Positions 39,721 through 49,009 are shown, counted from the stretch's first letter. The stretch: 64,000 nucleotides of DNA from Candidatus Kapaibacterium sp. (GCA_038322815.1 JBBQGG010000002.1:41899-105898), one strand, 5' to 3'. The notes: generated by a model from the sequence alone, not told the origin. A program made the numbers and translations.

Positions 39721-39803
39721 TGAATTTCGTAATACAAAAATAGCGAATTCGAGAACCCGAATTGCCACAGAATCTTCAGATAGTTGTCAAAAGATTGTCA
39801 TTA
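39721..39803. promoter_or_regulatory. conserved ~85-bp upstream module, copy 2 (AGTTGTCA-aaa-GATTGTCA), between desaturase start and response-regulator end
   Basis: It aligns to 38475-38554. Confidence 0.45.
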
Positions 39804-39857
39804 GGACCTGTATCCCGAGAAAGCTTTGTAAGGAAGGATTGCTATAAGAGGTTTTAA

Positions 39858-40539
39858 CTACTTTAAAAACTTGTACCCAGATGTATGTACAGTAATCAAA
39901 TGCTTCGGTTCGGAGGGGTCGTCTTCGATCTTCTTGCGAATGGAAAGAATATAATTATCCACGGTTCGAGTCGTGGGAAAAACATCATAGCCCCAGACTT
40001 CATCGAGCAATTTATCGCGACCTAAGACTTCACCTTCATGCTCGATGAAAAATTTTATGATCTGAAATTCTTTTGCCGATAGTTTGAGGGGGTTTTTCTT
40101 CTTCAGTGCTTCTTGTTTTTTGAAATCGAAATGCAGATCGCCAAAGGATGATTCTTCGATTCCTTTTTTTAGATCTTGCGTGCGACGCAGAAGGGCTTTG
40201 ATCCGGGCTTTGAGTTCGCGAATGCTGAATGGCTTTGTCATGTAATCGTCAGCGCCGATCTCAAGACCAAGCACTTTATCGATCTCCTCCGATTTACTTG
40301 TAAGCATTATCACAAGAGTATTAATACCTTCTTTACGAAGTTCGCTGCAAATTTCCATGCCGTCTTTGCCGGGCAGCATGATATCGAGCAAGATGAGATC
40401 AACGCTGGGATTTTTCGCCTGCTTCAATCCGTCAATACCATCGGATGCAAGAAGCACATCATAATTATCTTCACTAAGCCCTGCTTCGAGAGCTATGCGA
40501 ATGGCAGGATCGTCTTCGACAATAAGAATTTTTTTTATT
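39858..40539 (-). CDS. OmpR/PhoB-family response regulator
   Basis: The REC domain (KKILIVEDDPAIRIALEAGLSEDNYDVLLASDGIDGL...LDIMLPGKDG) is followed by a winged-helix DNA-binding domain. The conserved N-terminus is in frame, but the only candidate start is an ATA that overlaps the kinase stop (ATAA). Confidence 0.75.
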
Positions 40540-42106
40540 GTAATATGAAGGGAAAATGTAATACAAAAATACTGCCTTTTCCAAGTTCGCTCGTAACTTC
40601 TACTTTTCCCTTATGTGCATCCATCGTATGCTTGACAAGTGAAAGTCCCAGTCCTGCTCCACCTGCGGATTTCATGACAAAGTCGTCGATCCGGTAGAAA
40701 GCTTCAAAAATATGTTCTATCTCATTATGTGCGATTCCATATCCTTCATCTTGGACGCTTATAGTGGCATGTTCATCATTATACGAAGTAGAGATGATGA
40801 TTTTTTTTCTCTCCGAAGGTGAATATTTCATCGTGTTCGTGATCAGATTTGTAATTGTATCTGCAATAGCGTCGGCATCGCCACTGATTAAAAAAGCCGA
40901 GTGTTCGAGTTGAGTATGGATTGTAAATCCCTTAGAATGAATCTGGTACTCTAACGAATATATCACACTTTTGACAATGCAATTAAGATCGAGGGGCTTC
41001 ATGTTATAATCCTTTGTCCCTTTTTCGATCTTCGCAAAATCGAGAACGTTGGTGATAAGTCTGGAAAGTCTATCCGCTTCACCCTCAATAATGTCGAGAT
41101 ATTCAATCGTTTTTTTGCGTGGGAGATTTTCATGCTCCTTGATCAGTTCAACAAAGAGACGGATGGAGGTTAAAGGAGTTTTCAGATCATGCGAAACACT
41201 TGAAACGAAATAGGATTTCAATTTATTGAGTTCAGAAAGCCTTTCGGATTCTGCCTGCTCGAGCAATAGTGCATACTCGACTTTAAGCCGCTCGAACGAA
41301 AGACCCGTTTGCGTGCTTACTGAAGTGAGCAGTGAAATATCTTCAATACTAAACCGTGTACCGGAAAGTTTTTCTCCGAGAACGAGAAAGCCGAAAATAT
41401 TTCTATCGGAGGAAAGCATCGGCAGAACCAATGCCATTCCCCAACGCTTGAAGACATCATTATCCGCAGATTCGAATTCTATACCCGGTTCGATTTTATT
41501 ATCAAGAGCTACGGGAAGTTCAAGCCCGGATTTGAGATCGTTTTTAGATAGTTGGACATGGCGACGTTCAAGAATATCGAAATGATGATGAGCAATGAGT
41601 CTGAGTTTATCGGTCGGAGATTCGACAACAAAAAATCCGATCTTTGTTACGGGCAGCAGAGAATGGATCCGCTGAGTCACTAAATTGGTAAGCGCAATCT
41701 TAGTATTGACAAATTTTATTTCTTCTAAAAAATTGCGCTGCGCTTCGTGGAAATTATACGAAACACGAAAGAACTTCTTGTCCACAGATTTTTGCACCCA
41801 TCTTCTTAACGGTTCAAAAAGCAAGGCAATGAACATTGCTCCGATGATATTTGGCAGGGCAGATGGAATGTCCAGAGTGAGGGTGAATTGAGTAAATAAC
41901 CAGACAATCCCAAGATATAAGCCAAGGAGTAATCCGATGACCAGCGAATAGACTGAACTTCGTCTGATTAAAAGATCAATATCGAATACTCTGTATCGAA
42001 CGATAGCAATGGCAAAACATAACGGAGCGATGATTGAGAGTACGATTAAGTATTCTTCCGGCAATAACAATCTCTGAATAAGTATTCTGGGAAGGATGGA
42101 AAACAA
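40535..42106 (-). CDS. sensor histidine kinase (HisKA + HATPase_c) core; frame continues upstream to about 42268
   Basis: It has a phosphoacceptor His (SHDLKTPL) and N, G1 and G2 boxes. The upstream in-frame stretch ...FVGFGNIIHSYKIVKEEFERRKLRWIFFGIIFGATPYI lacks a start codon. Confidence 0.8.
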   Translation of the reverse strand: MFSILPRILIQRLLLPEEYLIVLSIIAPLCFAIAIVRYRVFDIDLLIRRSSVYSLVIGLLLGLYLGIVWLFTQFTLTLDIPSALPNIIGAMFIALLFEPLRRWVQKSVDKKFFRVSYNFHEAQRNFLEEIKFVNTKIALTNLVTQRIHSLLPVTKIGFFVVESPTDKLRLIAHHHFDILERRHVQLSKNDLKSGLELPVALDNKIEPGIEFESADNDVFKRWGMALVLPMLSSDRNIFGFLVLGEKLSGTRFSIEDISLLTSVSTQTGLSFERLKVEYALLLEQAESERLSELNKLKSYFVSSVSHDLKTPLTSIRLFVELIKEHENLPRKKTIEYLDIIEGEADRLSRLITNVLDFAKIEKGTKDYNMKPLDLNCIVKSVIYSLEYQIHSKGFTIHTQLEHSAFLISGDADAIADTITNLITNTMKYSPSERKKIIISTSYNDEHATISVQDEGYGIAHNEIEHIFEAFYRIDDFVMKSAGGAGLGLSLVKHTMDAHKGKVEVTSELGKGSIFVLHFPFILQ

Positions 42107-42213
42107 TATATACGGAGTTGCGCCGAATATTATCCCAAAGAAGATCCAGCGCAGTTTTCGGCGCTCGAATTCTTCTTTTACAATCTTGTAAGAATGAATG
42201 ATATTTCCGAAGC

Positions 42214-42696
42214 CTACAAAAAAAAGCAGAAAATGAGAATGGCAGTAAATGATTTGTGGTAGAATTCATAATATCCCAGATCAACTACAGGATACGAAGC
42301 ACGGAAGAAATTAATACATGTCAACACCGATAGCACAGCGCCAATAAAATAGACCGGCAACAATACTTTTTTTACGACCGAAGATTTTGGATAAGGGAAG
42401 ATAAGCGTGAAATGCAGAAATAGGATCGGAACGATGGTATATGATATATAGAAAACTATTTCGAGCAGATATGCAATTTCAAGCGGGCGGATAGTATTTC
42501 TTCCTGGAGTAAGCAGAATAAGGGTGGCAATCGCAATACATAAGGAATGAAAGATCAGGGCGGCTTTCTCCTTTTTTTGAAAGAGGATAACGGCAATACC
42601 TATCAAGAAAAAAATACCCGATGTAAAACATTCAATGAAAATTTTCGATGGGATAATCACGAAGCAAGGTTGAAGTGACGAATTGCTCTTTTCCAT
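42214..42696 (-). CDS. multi-TM membrane fragment, probably the sensor-domain part of the same histidine kinase (frameshifted)
   Basis: It has about 4 TM helices. Its stop lies in an A8/T8 homopolymer (42217-42226), and the kinase frame reopens there. Confidence 0.4.
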   Translation of the reverse strand: MEKSNSSLQPCFVIIPSKIFIECFTSGIFFLIGIAVILFQKKEKAALIFHSLCIAIATLILLTPGRNTIRPLEIAYLLEIVFYISYTIVPILFLHFTLIFPYPKSSVVKKVLLPVYFIGAVLSVLTCINFFRASYPVVDLGYYEFYHKSFTAILIFCFFL

Positions 42697-42982
42697 TGCT
42701 CAGCATTTTCACAGAAACATTTTCGCCAATCGCATATTGATTGCAAAGGAATTCTATTTGTTCAGAGGAGGTAATGTGCTGTCCATTTATTGAAAGTATC
42801 GTATCGCCCGGATGAAAAAGTGAGTGGTTTGAGGAAATATTTTTTATGACTACAGCATCACCATTATCTTCTGCGTTCTCCGGAAATCCGGCTTTTTCGG
42901 AAAGGCGATATACTCCTAATCCGCAAATGATGAGGAGAAGGAGATCAATGACAAGGATGTAGGCTGTTCTACGCAAGTTCAA
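42632..42982 (-). CDS. N-terminal TM anchor + PDZ-like domain fragment, probably the N-terminus of the same kinase
   Basis: The PDZ-like segment GDTILSINGQHITSSEQIEFL...GENVSVKMLSNGKE is followed by an overlap with the next fragment in another frame. Confidence 0.4.
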   Translation of the reverse strand: MNLRRTAYILVIDLLLLIICGLGVYRLSEKAGFPENAEDNGDAVVIKNISSNHSLFHPGDTILSINGQHITSSEQIEFLCNQYAIGENVSVKMLSNGKEQFVTSTLLRDYPIENFH

Positions 42983-43037
42983 GTATTAAAATACCTTGCA
43001 CAAGGAAATACGTTTCGGGTTAAATTAGTTGCCTTGC

Positions 43038-44861
43038 TTACCGTATTCCAAAATACCGTGCTTCAGGATGGTGGCAGATGATTGCCGTTGTCGATTGCTC
43101 GGGTTCGAGATGGTATTCCTCTGTCAGGGTAATATCTATCCTCTCGGGATGTAGGAGATCAAAAAGCTTTGTCTGATCCTCAAGATCGGGGCAGGCAGGG
43201 TAACCAAAAGAATAACGGGAGCCGCGATAACCTTGGCTGAAGAGGCGGTGAATATCCTCTGCATCAGCGGAGCCAATACCAAGTTCTGTGCGGATAATCT
43301 TATGGAGATACTCGGCAAGCGCCTCGGCAGTTTCGACGGAAAAGCCGTGAAGGTAAAGATAATCGACGTATTTATTATCGGCAAAAAGTTTAGCGGTGTA
43401 CTCACTTGCTTTTCTGCCGACAGTGACTGCGCTCATTCCAACAACATCAGGTTTACCGAGGGCAAATGCCTCCTCTTTTGTCAGAAAAAAACTTGAGATG
43501 CATAAATGTTTCCCTCCCGGTTGGCGGGGAAATGTGAAGCGTTTGTATTCGCTGAGTGAATCGAGTGCAATTTTTGAATTCCATTTACTCTGCAATTCTG
43601 CAGGGGCAAGATCATTTGGCTTTAAGATAATAAGATCATCACCTTCTGACCAACATGGGAAATATCCGTATACCGCTTGCGGTTTTAAGATGTGCTGCTG
43701 TTTGCAGAGCAGCATTAATTCATGCAATTTCGGACGCGCAACGTCTTCGATCTGCTTCGTATGCTCTTCAACAGTTTTCTTTCCACGCTTTAATTGCCAT
43801 TGTCCGCGAAAGAGAGCAACTTCATTGAGGTATTTCCAAACCGAATCAAGAATAAATTGCTCCTGAACATCCACTCCCCAAAATGGCGGAGTAGGAACAT
43901 CATTCAGGCGAGTAATTTCCTTCTCCTCAAACTTCTGACTTCTAACTTCTGACTTCTGACTTCCTCCCGTCAGCCACGGCACATCACGCTTTGCCAACAC
44001 CATCTTCGATTCTTCGCCGGTAGCATTATCAAGCTCTTCTTCTATCTCATCAGTTTTATCTATTTCGGCAAATTCCGAGACAACATCGTTGATTGTACCG
44101 GATTTCAATTTTTCCATGAAATGCAAACCGTCGAATGCATCTTGCGCGTACCAAAGTGTTCCGCCGTAAAGTGCGCGAAGATCTTTCTCGACGAATTTTC
44201 TCGTTAATGCTGCCCCGCCAAGCACGACGGGTATCTCTAATCCTCTGCCTTGCATCACTTCGAGATTCTCTTTCATGATTGCAGTGGATTTCACAAGCAA
44301 GCCTGACATACCGATAGCATCGGCTTTTTCGCGAACGAAAGCGTCAAGCATTGGCTCTAGCGCCATTTTGATCCCGAGATTGACAACGCGATAACCGTTA
44401 TTGGTAAGAATAATATCTACAAGATTTTTTCCAATATCATGCACATCACCTTTCACTGTTGCAAGAACCATCACGCCTTTGGATTGCTCGCCCTCGACCT
44501 TTTCCATGAAAGGCTCAAGATATTTCACGGCGGTCTTCATTGTCTCAGCAGATTGAAGAACGAAAGGAAGCTGCATTTCGCCGGCGCCGAAAAGCTCGCC
44601 GACAACCTTCATGCCGCCAAGCAAAATATTATTAATAATATCAAGAGCAGGATATGTTTTCAGTCCTTCAGTAAGATCAGTATCCAGACCGATCTTGTCG
44701 CCATCAATGATGCGCTGCTTCAGCCGCTCTTCGACAGCCATGCCAACATACGAGGAAGTTTCCTTCTTCGTCGATTTTGCATCGGCATAATGCGCCATAA
44801 AAAGTACGAGCGGATCGTACGTGCAATGCTGTTCCTGAATATTTTTGTTTTCTTCGCTCAT
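43038..44861 (-). CDS. metH: methionine synthase C-terminal half: B12-binding cap + cobalamin-binding (DxHxxG) + AdoMet reactivation domain
   Basis: It has the cobalamin motif VKGDVHDIGKN, the segment SGLL...GGA, and the reactivation-domain motifs FPRQPGGKHLCISSFF, AEALAEYLHK and GYPACPD. It has no Hcy or folate domains. Confidence 0.8.
   Translation of the reverse strand: MSEENKNIQEQHCTYDPLVLFMAHYADAKSTKKETSSYVGMAVEERLKQRIIDGDKIGLDTDLTEGLKTYPALDIINNILLGGMKVVGELFGAGEMQLPFVLQSAETMKTAVKYLEPFMEKVEGEQSKGVMVLATVKGDVHDIGKNLVDIILTNNGYRVVNLGIKMALEPMLDAFVREKADAIGMSGLLVKSTAIMKENLEVMQGRGLEIPVVLGGAALTRKFVEKDLRALYGGTLWYAQDAFDGLHFMEKLKSGTINDVVSEFAEIDKTDEIEEELDNATGEESKMVLAKRDVPWLTGGSQKSEVRSQKFEEKEITRLNDVPTPPFWGVDVQEQFILDSVWKYLNEVALFRGQWQLKRGKKTVEEHTKQIEDVARPKLHELMLLCKQQHILKPQAVYGYFPCWSEGDDLIILKPNDLAPAELQSKWNSKIALDSLSEYKRFTFPRQPGGKHLCISSFFLTKEEAFALGKPDVVGMSAVTVGRKASEYTAKLFADNKYVDYLYLHGFSVETAEALAEYLHKIIRTELGIGSADAEDIHRLFSQGYRGSRYSFGYPACPDLEDQTKLFDLLHPERIDITLTEEYHLEPEQSTTAIICHHPEARYFGIR
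43931..43964. repeat. heptanucleotide tandem repeat (ACTTCTG x ~4.7) inside metH linker
   Basis: The sequence reads acttctg acttcta acttctg acttctg acttcc. It encodes SQKSEVRSQKFEE across three frames. Confidence 0.6.
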
Positions 44862-44897
44862 AAAAAAATCCCTGACACGTTTTTTTGCGTCAGGGAT
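44862..44897 (-). terminator. Rho-independent terminator of the efflux operon, abutting the metH start codon
   Basis: The minus strand reads atccctgacgc-aaaaaaa-cgtgtcagggat followed by ttttttt and then ATG. Confidence 0.5.
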
Positions 44898-44991
44898 AAG
44901 AGAGAAATCTTGTCACGACGCTTTAGCTCTATCTTTAATGTGGTGAGCAAGCTATCGGTCAAAGCGCCACAATTATGGGGATATAAACGGG

Positions 44992-47900
44992 TTAATCGAT
45001 CAGAGAGTTCTGTACGATGATTCTGTCACTAACCGTTAATTTATTTCTCCTTTTTTCTTTTCCGATTTCCACTAATCGCAGAAAACTTGGCAAAACAATA
45101 AGTAATATCGGTAATGCAAAAATAAATCCGCCGATGACTGCAATGGCAAGTGGCTGATGAAGCTGCGCTCCTGTTCCGATCCCTAAGGCGATCGGCGCTA
45201 ATGCGAAGATCGCACCGAGCGCTGTCATAAGCTTCGGGCGAAGGCGTGTTGATATTGCATAGACAACTGCTTCATCTACTGTATGGGTTTTAAGAGCATC
45301 GCGGAATTGCAAATACGTAAAGATCGCATTTTCTCCGATGATTCCGACCATCATGATTAGTCCAGTATAGCTGCCTACATTTAACGGAGTATGTGTAAGA
45401 AAAAGAGCGAGCATACTGCCGGAAATTCCAAGAGCTGCCATTGCTAAAATAAGAAGTGCGATCCGGAGATCTCGGAAGAGGAATAAAATAGTTGTAAAGA
45501 CAAGCAAACCGGAGAGCAAAAGAATCATCAGCAGCTCTTGAAAAGATTTTTGCTGCTCGGCATAAGCACCGCCATAGGTAATGTGATATCCTTGCGGAAG
45601 TGCGATCGAAGCACCGATGCGTTGTTTAATACCTGTCATCACACTTCCGAGATCGCGTTTATTCAAGCGGGCAGTGATGGCAACCATACTTTGAAGATTT
45701 TCGCGTTCGATCTCTGCATCACCTTCATTGACAGAAATTGTAGCAACTGCTTCGAGCGGAATCAGCGATCCCGAAGATAAAAAAATCTGAGACTGCTGCA
45801 GGTCTTTTGTGGAAGTATATTTTGCACGGGGGTATATGAATCTTATCGGCGTCTGTAATTCATGCTCTATTATCGTACCTGTCTGAACACCCTGTAATAT
45901 GCTCTGAAGCTGCTGCTGAAAATTATCGGGGCTTATCTTGTATTGACCAAGTTTCTGGTAATCAGGCAAAACATTCACCGAAGGTCCGGAAATAGTGATC
46001 CCGTTAAATACATCTGCGGCGCCCTGTACGCCTTCGACGATATGAGAGATCGTATCGGCAAGCACAGCAAGTTTTGTGCGATCTGTACCAAAAAGTTTTA
46101 TTTCAATAGGCTGCACCGAACTCATCAGATCACCTAACATATCGCCGATCACCTGCCCAAAATCAACAATAAGCGCAGGCTGCGAACTTTCAACTCTTTT
46201 TCGTATATCATCGATCACTTCAGTGGTGGTGCGGCTACGGGTTTTCTTAAGTTGGATCAGGTAATCGCCCTTGTTCGGCTCTGTAATAAAAAAGCCCATC
46301 TGCGTGCCGGTACGCCGCGAGTAACTTTGTACTTCCGGTACTTTTACAATTAATTTTTCTACATCGCGAAGCATTCGATCGGTTTCATCGAGTGACGTGC
46401 CCGGTGGCGAATGGTAATCTAAAACTATTGCGCCCTCATCCATTTCAGGCAGGAAGCCTGTTTCAAGCAAAGGAGGAACAAAGACAATAATTGCAATACA
46501 AAGCAGGGTAATCGCAAAACTTAGTATGGGATAATGAATAAAAAATTCGACCCATCTCCAATTCTTTACTTGTTCCTTAGTCGTTTTTTTCTTAATCGCG
46601 TGGGGCTTTGCAATATAGAGATAGACAACAGGAAGGATGATCCAGGTAACAAGGAAGGAACATATTAATGTCAGGATCATTGTTGTCGTAAGCACGGAGA
46701 AATATGCGCCTGCTACACCACTCATGAGAACGAATGGTATGAAGATCACGATCGTGCTCAGAGATGAGCCGATCATAGCCGGGAGGAGATATCCAATTGC
46801 CTGCTGAACGAAGGTCTTCGGATCTTCTTCCGGATGCTCTTCATGTGTGCGATGTATTTGCTCCACGACAACGATAGCATCATCTATTACTAACCCTATA
46901 GATGCAGCTAATGCACCCAGGGTCATGATATTAAATGTGTATCCGACAGCATGGATCGCAAGCAAGGCGAAAGCAACTGTTATAGGGATCGTGATCAATA
47001 TCACAGCACTGGAACGCCAGGAGCGAAGGAAGATGATAGAAACGATGATGGCAAGCAATAAACCCACCATAAGACTATCGCGGACGCTGCTTATTGAATC
47101 ATTAACAAAATCCGCTTGAATATAATACGGTTTTAATTGCATACCTTTCGGCAGCAATCCCGCATTCAATTCAGCTACTTTCAGCTTGACATCATCGGTT
47201 ACAGTAATGAGATTTGCATTTGGCTGTTTTAAAATATCAACAAGCAGTGCACTTCTTCCATTGGAGTTAATTCGAATATATTGCAGAGCCTCATGAACTG
47301 AAATTCTTGCTATATCCTTCAGATAAATGATTCGTTTGGAATCATTACGAACGATAAGATTGCTTAGATCAGTAAGAGAAGTGATGCTTGCTTCAGTCAC
47401 AGAAAGATAAAGACGACGGTAATCTGAAAAATAGCCGTTTGCCGTAACGAAATTATGATGCTGTAATACCTGCATCACCGTATCAACATCAAGAGAAAGC
47501 ATCGCCATTTTTTGTTGATCAGGCTCGATCCAATATTCTTTTTTCTGCCCCCCTGTATTACGAACTACGGCAACTCCGGCAGCCTGTGAAATATAGGGAA
47601 TGATCTGGTTCGTAGCAATGAGATCGAGATCAATCGAACTTCGCACTGAGTCCTCTACTGTATATCCCATTACAGGAAGGATGGAAGGATTCATTTTTTC
47701 TACTGAAATACCTACACCGGGCGGAAGATCGCCTCGTATCTCGTTGATTGCAGATTCGATCCGTTGCTTGCCCATATCAACATCTGTGCTCCAATTAAGG
47801 AATGCAGAAATCTCACAACTTCCTCGGCTTGTAATACTGCGCACCGTAATAAGATCCGGCACTCGTTTCAAAGCCTGTTCGAGAGGCTTTGTTACCGTGA

Positions 47901-48090
47901 CCATCATTTTATTTATGGGCTGTAGACCGTTATCCGCGATGATCTTTATTTTAGGGAAGGTGATCTCAGGGAAAAGCGAGGTTTGCATTTTTGAATATGC
48001 AAAAACACCGGCAATGATGAGGATACATGCCGTAACTGCAAGCGGACTTTTATGATTTACAAAAAAATTATTCACCACCTTTTTTTGCAA
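44992..48090 (-). CDS. RND efflux transporter permease (AcrB/CzcA superfamily)
   Basis: It is 1032 aa long with a 12-TM architecture and two large periplasmic loops. Confidence 0.85.
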   Translation of the reverse strand: MQKKVVNNFFVNHKSPLAVTACILIIAGVFAYSKMQTSLFPEITFPKIKIIADNGLQPINKMMVTVTKPLEQALKRVPDLITVRSITSRGSCEISAFLNWSTDVDMGKQRIESAINEIRGDLPPGVGISVEKMNPSILPVMGYTVEDSVRSSIDLDLIATNQIIPYISQAAGVAVVRNTGGQKKEYWIEPDQQKMAMLSLDVDTVMQVLQHHNFVTANGYFSDYRRLYLSVTEASITSLTDLSNLIVRNDSKRIIYLKDIARISVHEALQYIRINSNGRSALLVDILKQPNANLITVTDDVKLKVAELNAGLLPKGMQLKPYYIQADFVNDSISSVRDSLMVGLLLAIIVSIIFLRSWRSSAVILITIPITVAFALLAIHAVGYTFNIMTLGALAASIGLVIDDAIVVVEQIHRTHEEHPEEDPKTFVQQAIGYLLPAMIGSSLSTIVIFIPFVLMSGVAGAYFSVLTTTMILTLICSFLVTWIILPVVYLYIAKPHAIKKKTTKEQVKNWRWVEFFIHYPILSFAITLLCIAIIVFVPPLLETGFLPEMDEGAIVLDYHSPPGTSLDETDRMLRDVEKLIVKVPEVQSYSRRTGTQMGFFITEPNKGDYLIQLKKTRSRTTTEVIDDIRKRVESSQPALIVDFGQVIGDMLGDLMSSVQPIEIKLFGTDRTKLAVLADTISHIVEGVQGAADVFNGITISGPSVNVLPDYQKLGQYKISPDNFQQQLQSILQGVQTGTIIEHELQTPIRFIYPRAKYTSTKDLQQSQIFLSSGSLIPLEAVATISVNEGDAEIERENLQSMVAITARLNKRDLGSVMTGIKQRIGASIALPQGYHITYGGAYAEQQKSFQELLMILLLSGLLVFTTILFLFRDLRIALLILAMAALGISGSMLALFLTHTPLNVGSYTGLIMMVGIIGENAIFTYLQFRDALKTHTVDEAVVYAISTRLRPKLMTALGAIFALAPIALGIGTGAQLHQPLAIAVIGGFIFALPILLIVLPSFLRLVEIGKEKRRNKLTVSDRIIVQNSLID

Positions 48091-49000
48091 TAGTTACTAA
48101 AGCAGAATCTTCCATTCCGTAATTTCCAGTCAGGATAAACCGATCTTCTGCTGAAAGCGCAGGTGAGGTGATTTCGATATTGGCATCGGTTTCAATTCCT
48201 TTTTCAATTGGTACTTTTACTGCGACGCTGTCATTTTTTAATTGCATTACCCAAAAATTCTGCATGGTTTCATCTGTCAGCACAGCCTCTTTTGGAAGCA
48301 GGACTGCATGGGATTTTTCTCTCGTAGATAAAATAACCTGTGCAATAATGTTTTCAGGTACTGTTATCGCAGATGTTGAAGTTACTAAATAATTTTGAGT
48401 TTGTGAAGCCTGATCCAAAGTGGAGAGTTTTTTAGTTATTCTGCCCTGAAGTCTTGAATTATCGGGCAATAACAGCTCACAGGATTCTCCGACACTTACA
48501 AACTTGATCTGGTCATACGGTACGCTAAGGACAAAAGCGAAACTTCCTATATCAGCAATGATACAAACTTGCTCTCCATCCTGCACATAATCTCCGGTTT
48601 GCCGTAATACTGAAGTGATGATTCCCGAAGCAGGAGCAGGAATAGATACTTTGGCACTGAATATTTTCAGAGAATCCGGAACCGTTGTATTATCAAGCGC
48701 ATGTGATTCCTTGGTCTGCATAATGAATAAAGGCTGGCCTTTTGCAATATGATCACCGACGGCAACGTTTATCTTAAAAATGTATCCTTGCATCGAAGCT
48801 GAAGCAATATTCTTCCTCTGATATGATGATGTTGCCGTAAGTCTCATGGTTTCGGAAATCGGACCAATGACCGGGTGCGTGATGGTCACCGGGACTCTTA
48901 CTTTAACCGTTTCTGTCACTTCCTTCTTACTGCCACAGCTTACAATGATAAGCATCACTGCAATTAAAAGAAAGCTCGTAAAACTATTTATCGTTCTCAT
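48068..49000 (-). CDS. RND efflux periplasmic adaptor (membrane fusion protein)
   Basis: It has a lipoprotein-like N-terminus (IVSCGS) and a biotinyl/lipoyl-like hairpin region. Confidence 0.75.
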   Translation of the reverse strand: MRTINSFTSFLLIAVMLIIVSCGSKKEVTETVKVRVPVTITHPVIGPISETMRLTATSSYQRKNIASASMQGYIFKINVAVGDHIAKGQPLFIMQTKESHALDNTTVPDSLKIFSAKVSIPAPASGIITSVLRQTGDYVQDGEQVCIIADIGSFAFVLSVPYDQIKFVSVGESCELLLPDNSRLQGRITKKLSTLDQASQTQNYLVTSTSAITVPENIIAQVILSTREKSHAVLLPKEAVLTDETMQNFWVMQLKNDSVAVKVPIEKGIETDANIEITSPALSAEDRFILTGNYGMEDSALVTIAKKGGE

Positions 49001-49009
49001 TATGAATTT

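Noticed and set aside
38475-39803. Possibility that the repeated ttgtcaaaagattgtca units are CRISPR repeats
   Set aside because: There are only two copies, 1.2 kb apart, embedded in longer conserved promoter modules. There is no regular repeat-spacer array anywhere in the window.
40549-40575. Third partial match (aatgtaatacaaaaatactgcc) to the 85-bp promoter module
   Set aside because: It has only ~16 of 22 matching bases, lies inside the kinase coding sequence and lacks the direct-repeat part. It is likely chance.
41976-42284. 102-aa ORF overlapping the histidine-kinase start region
   Set aside because: The kinase frame is demonstrably open and protein-like through this interval. This ORF is the shadow frame.
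44862-44991. SAM or cobalamin riboswitch upstream of metH
   Set aside because: It is plausible given the terminator, but I could not recognise S-box or B12-box consensus by eye. A covariance-model search is needed.
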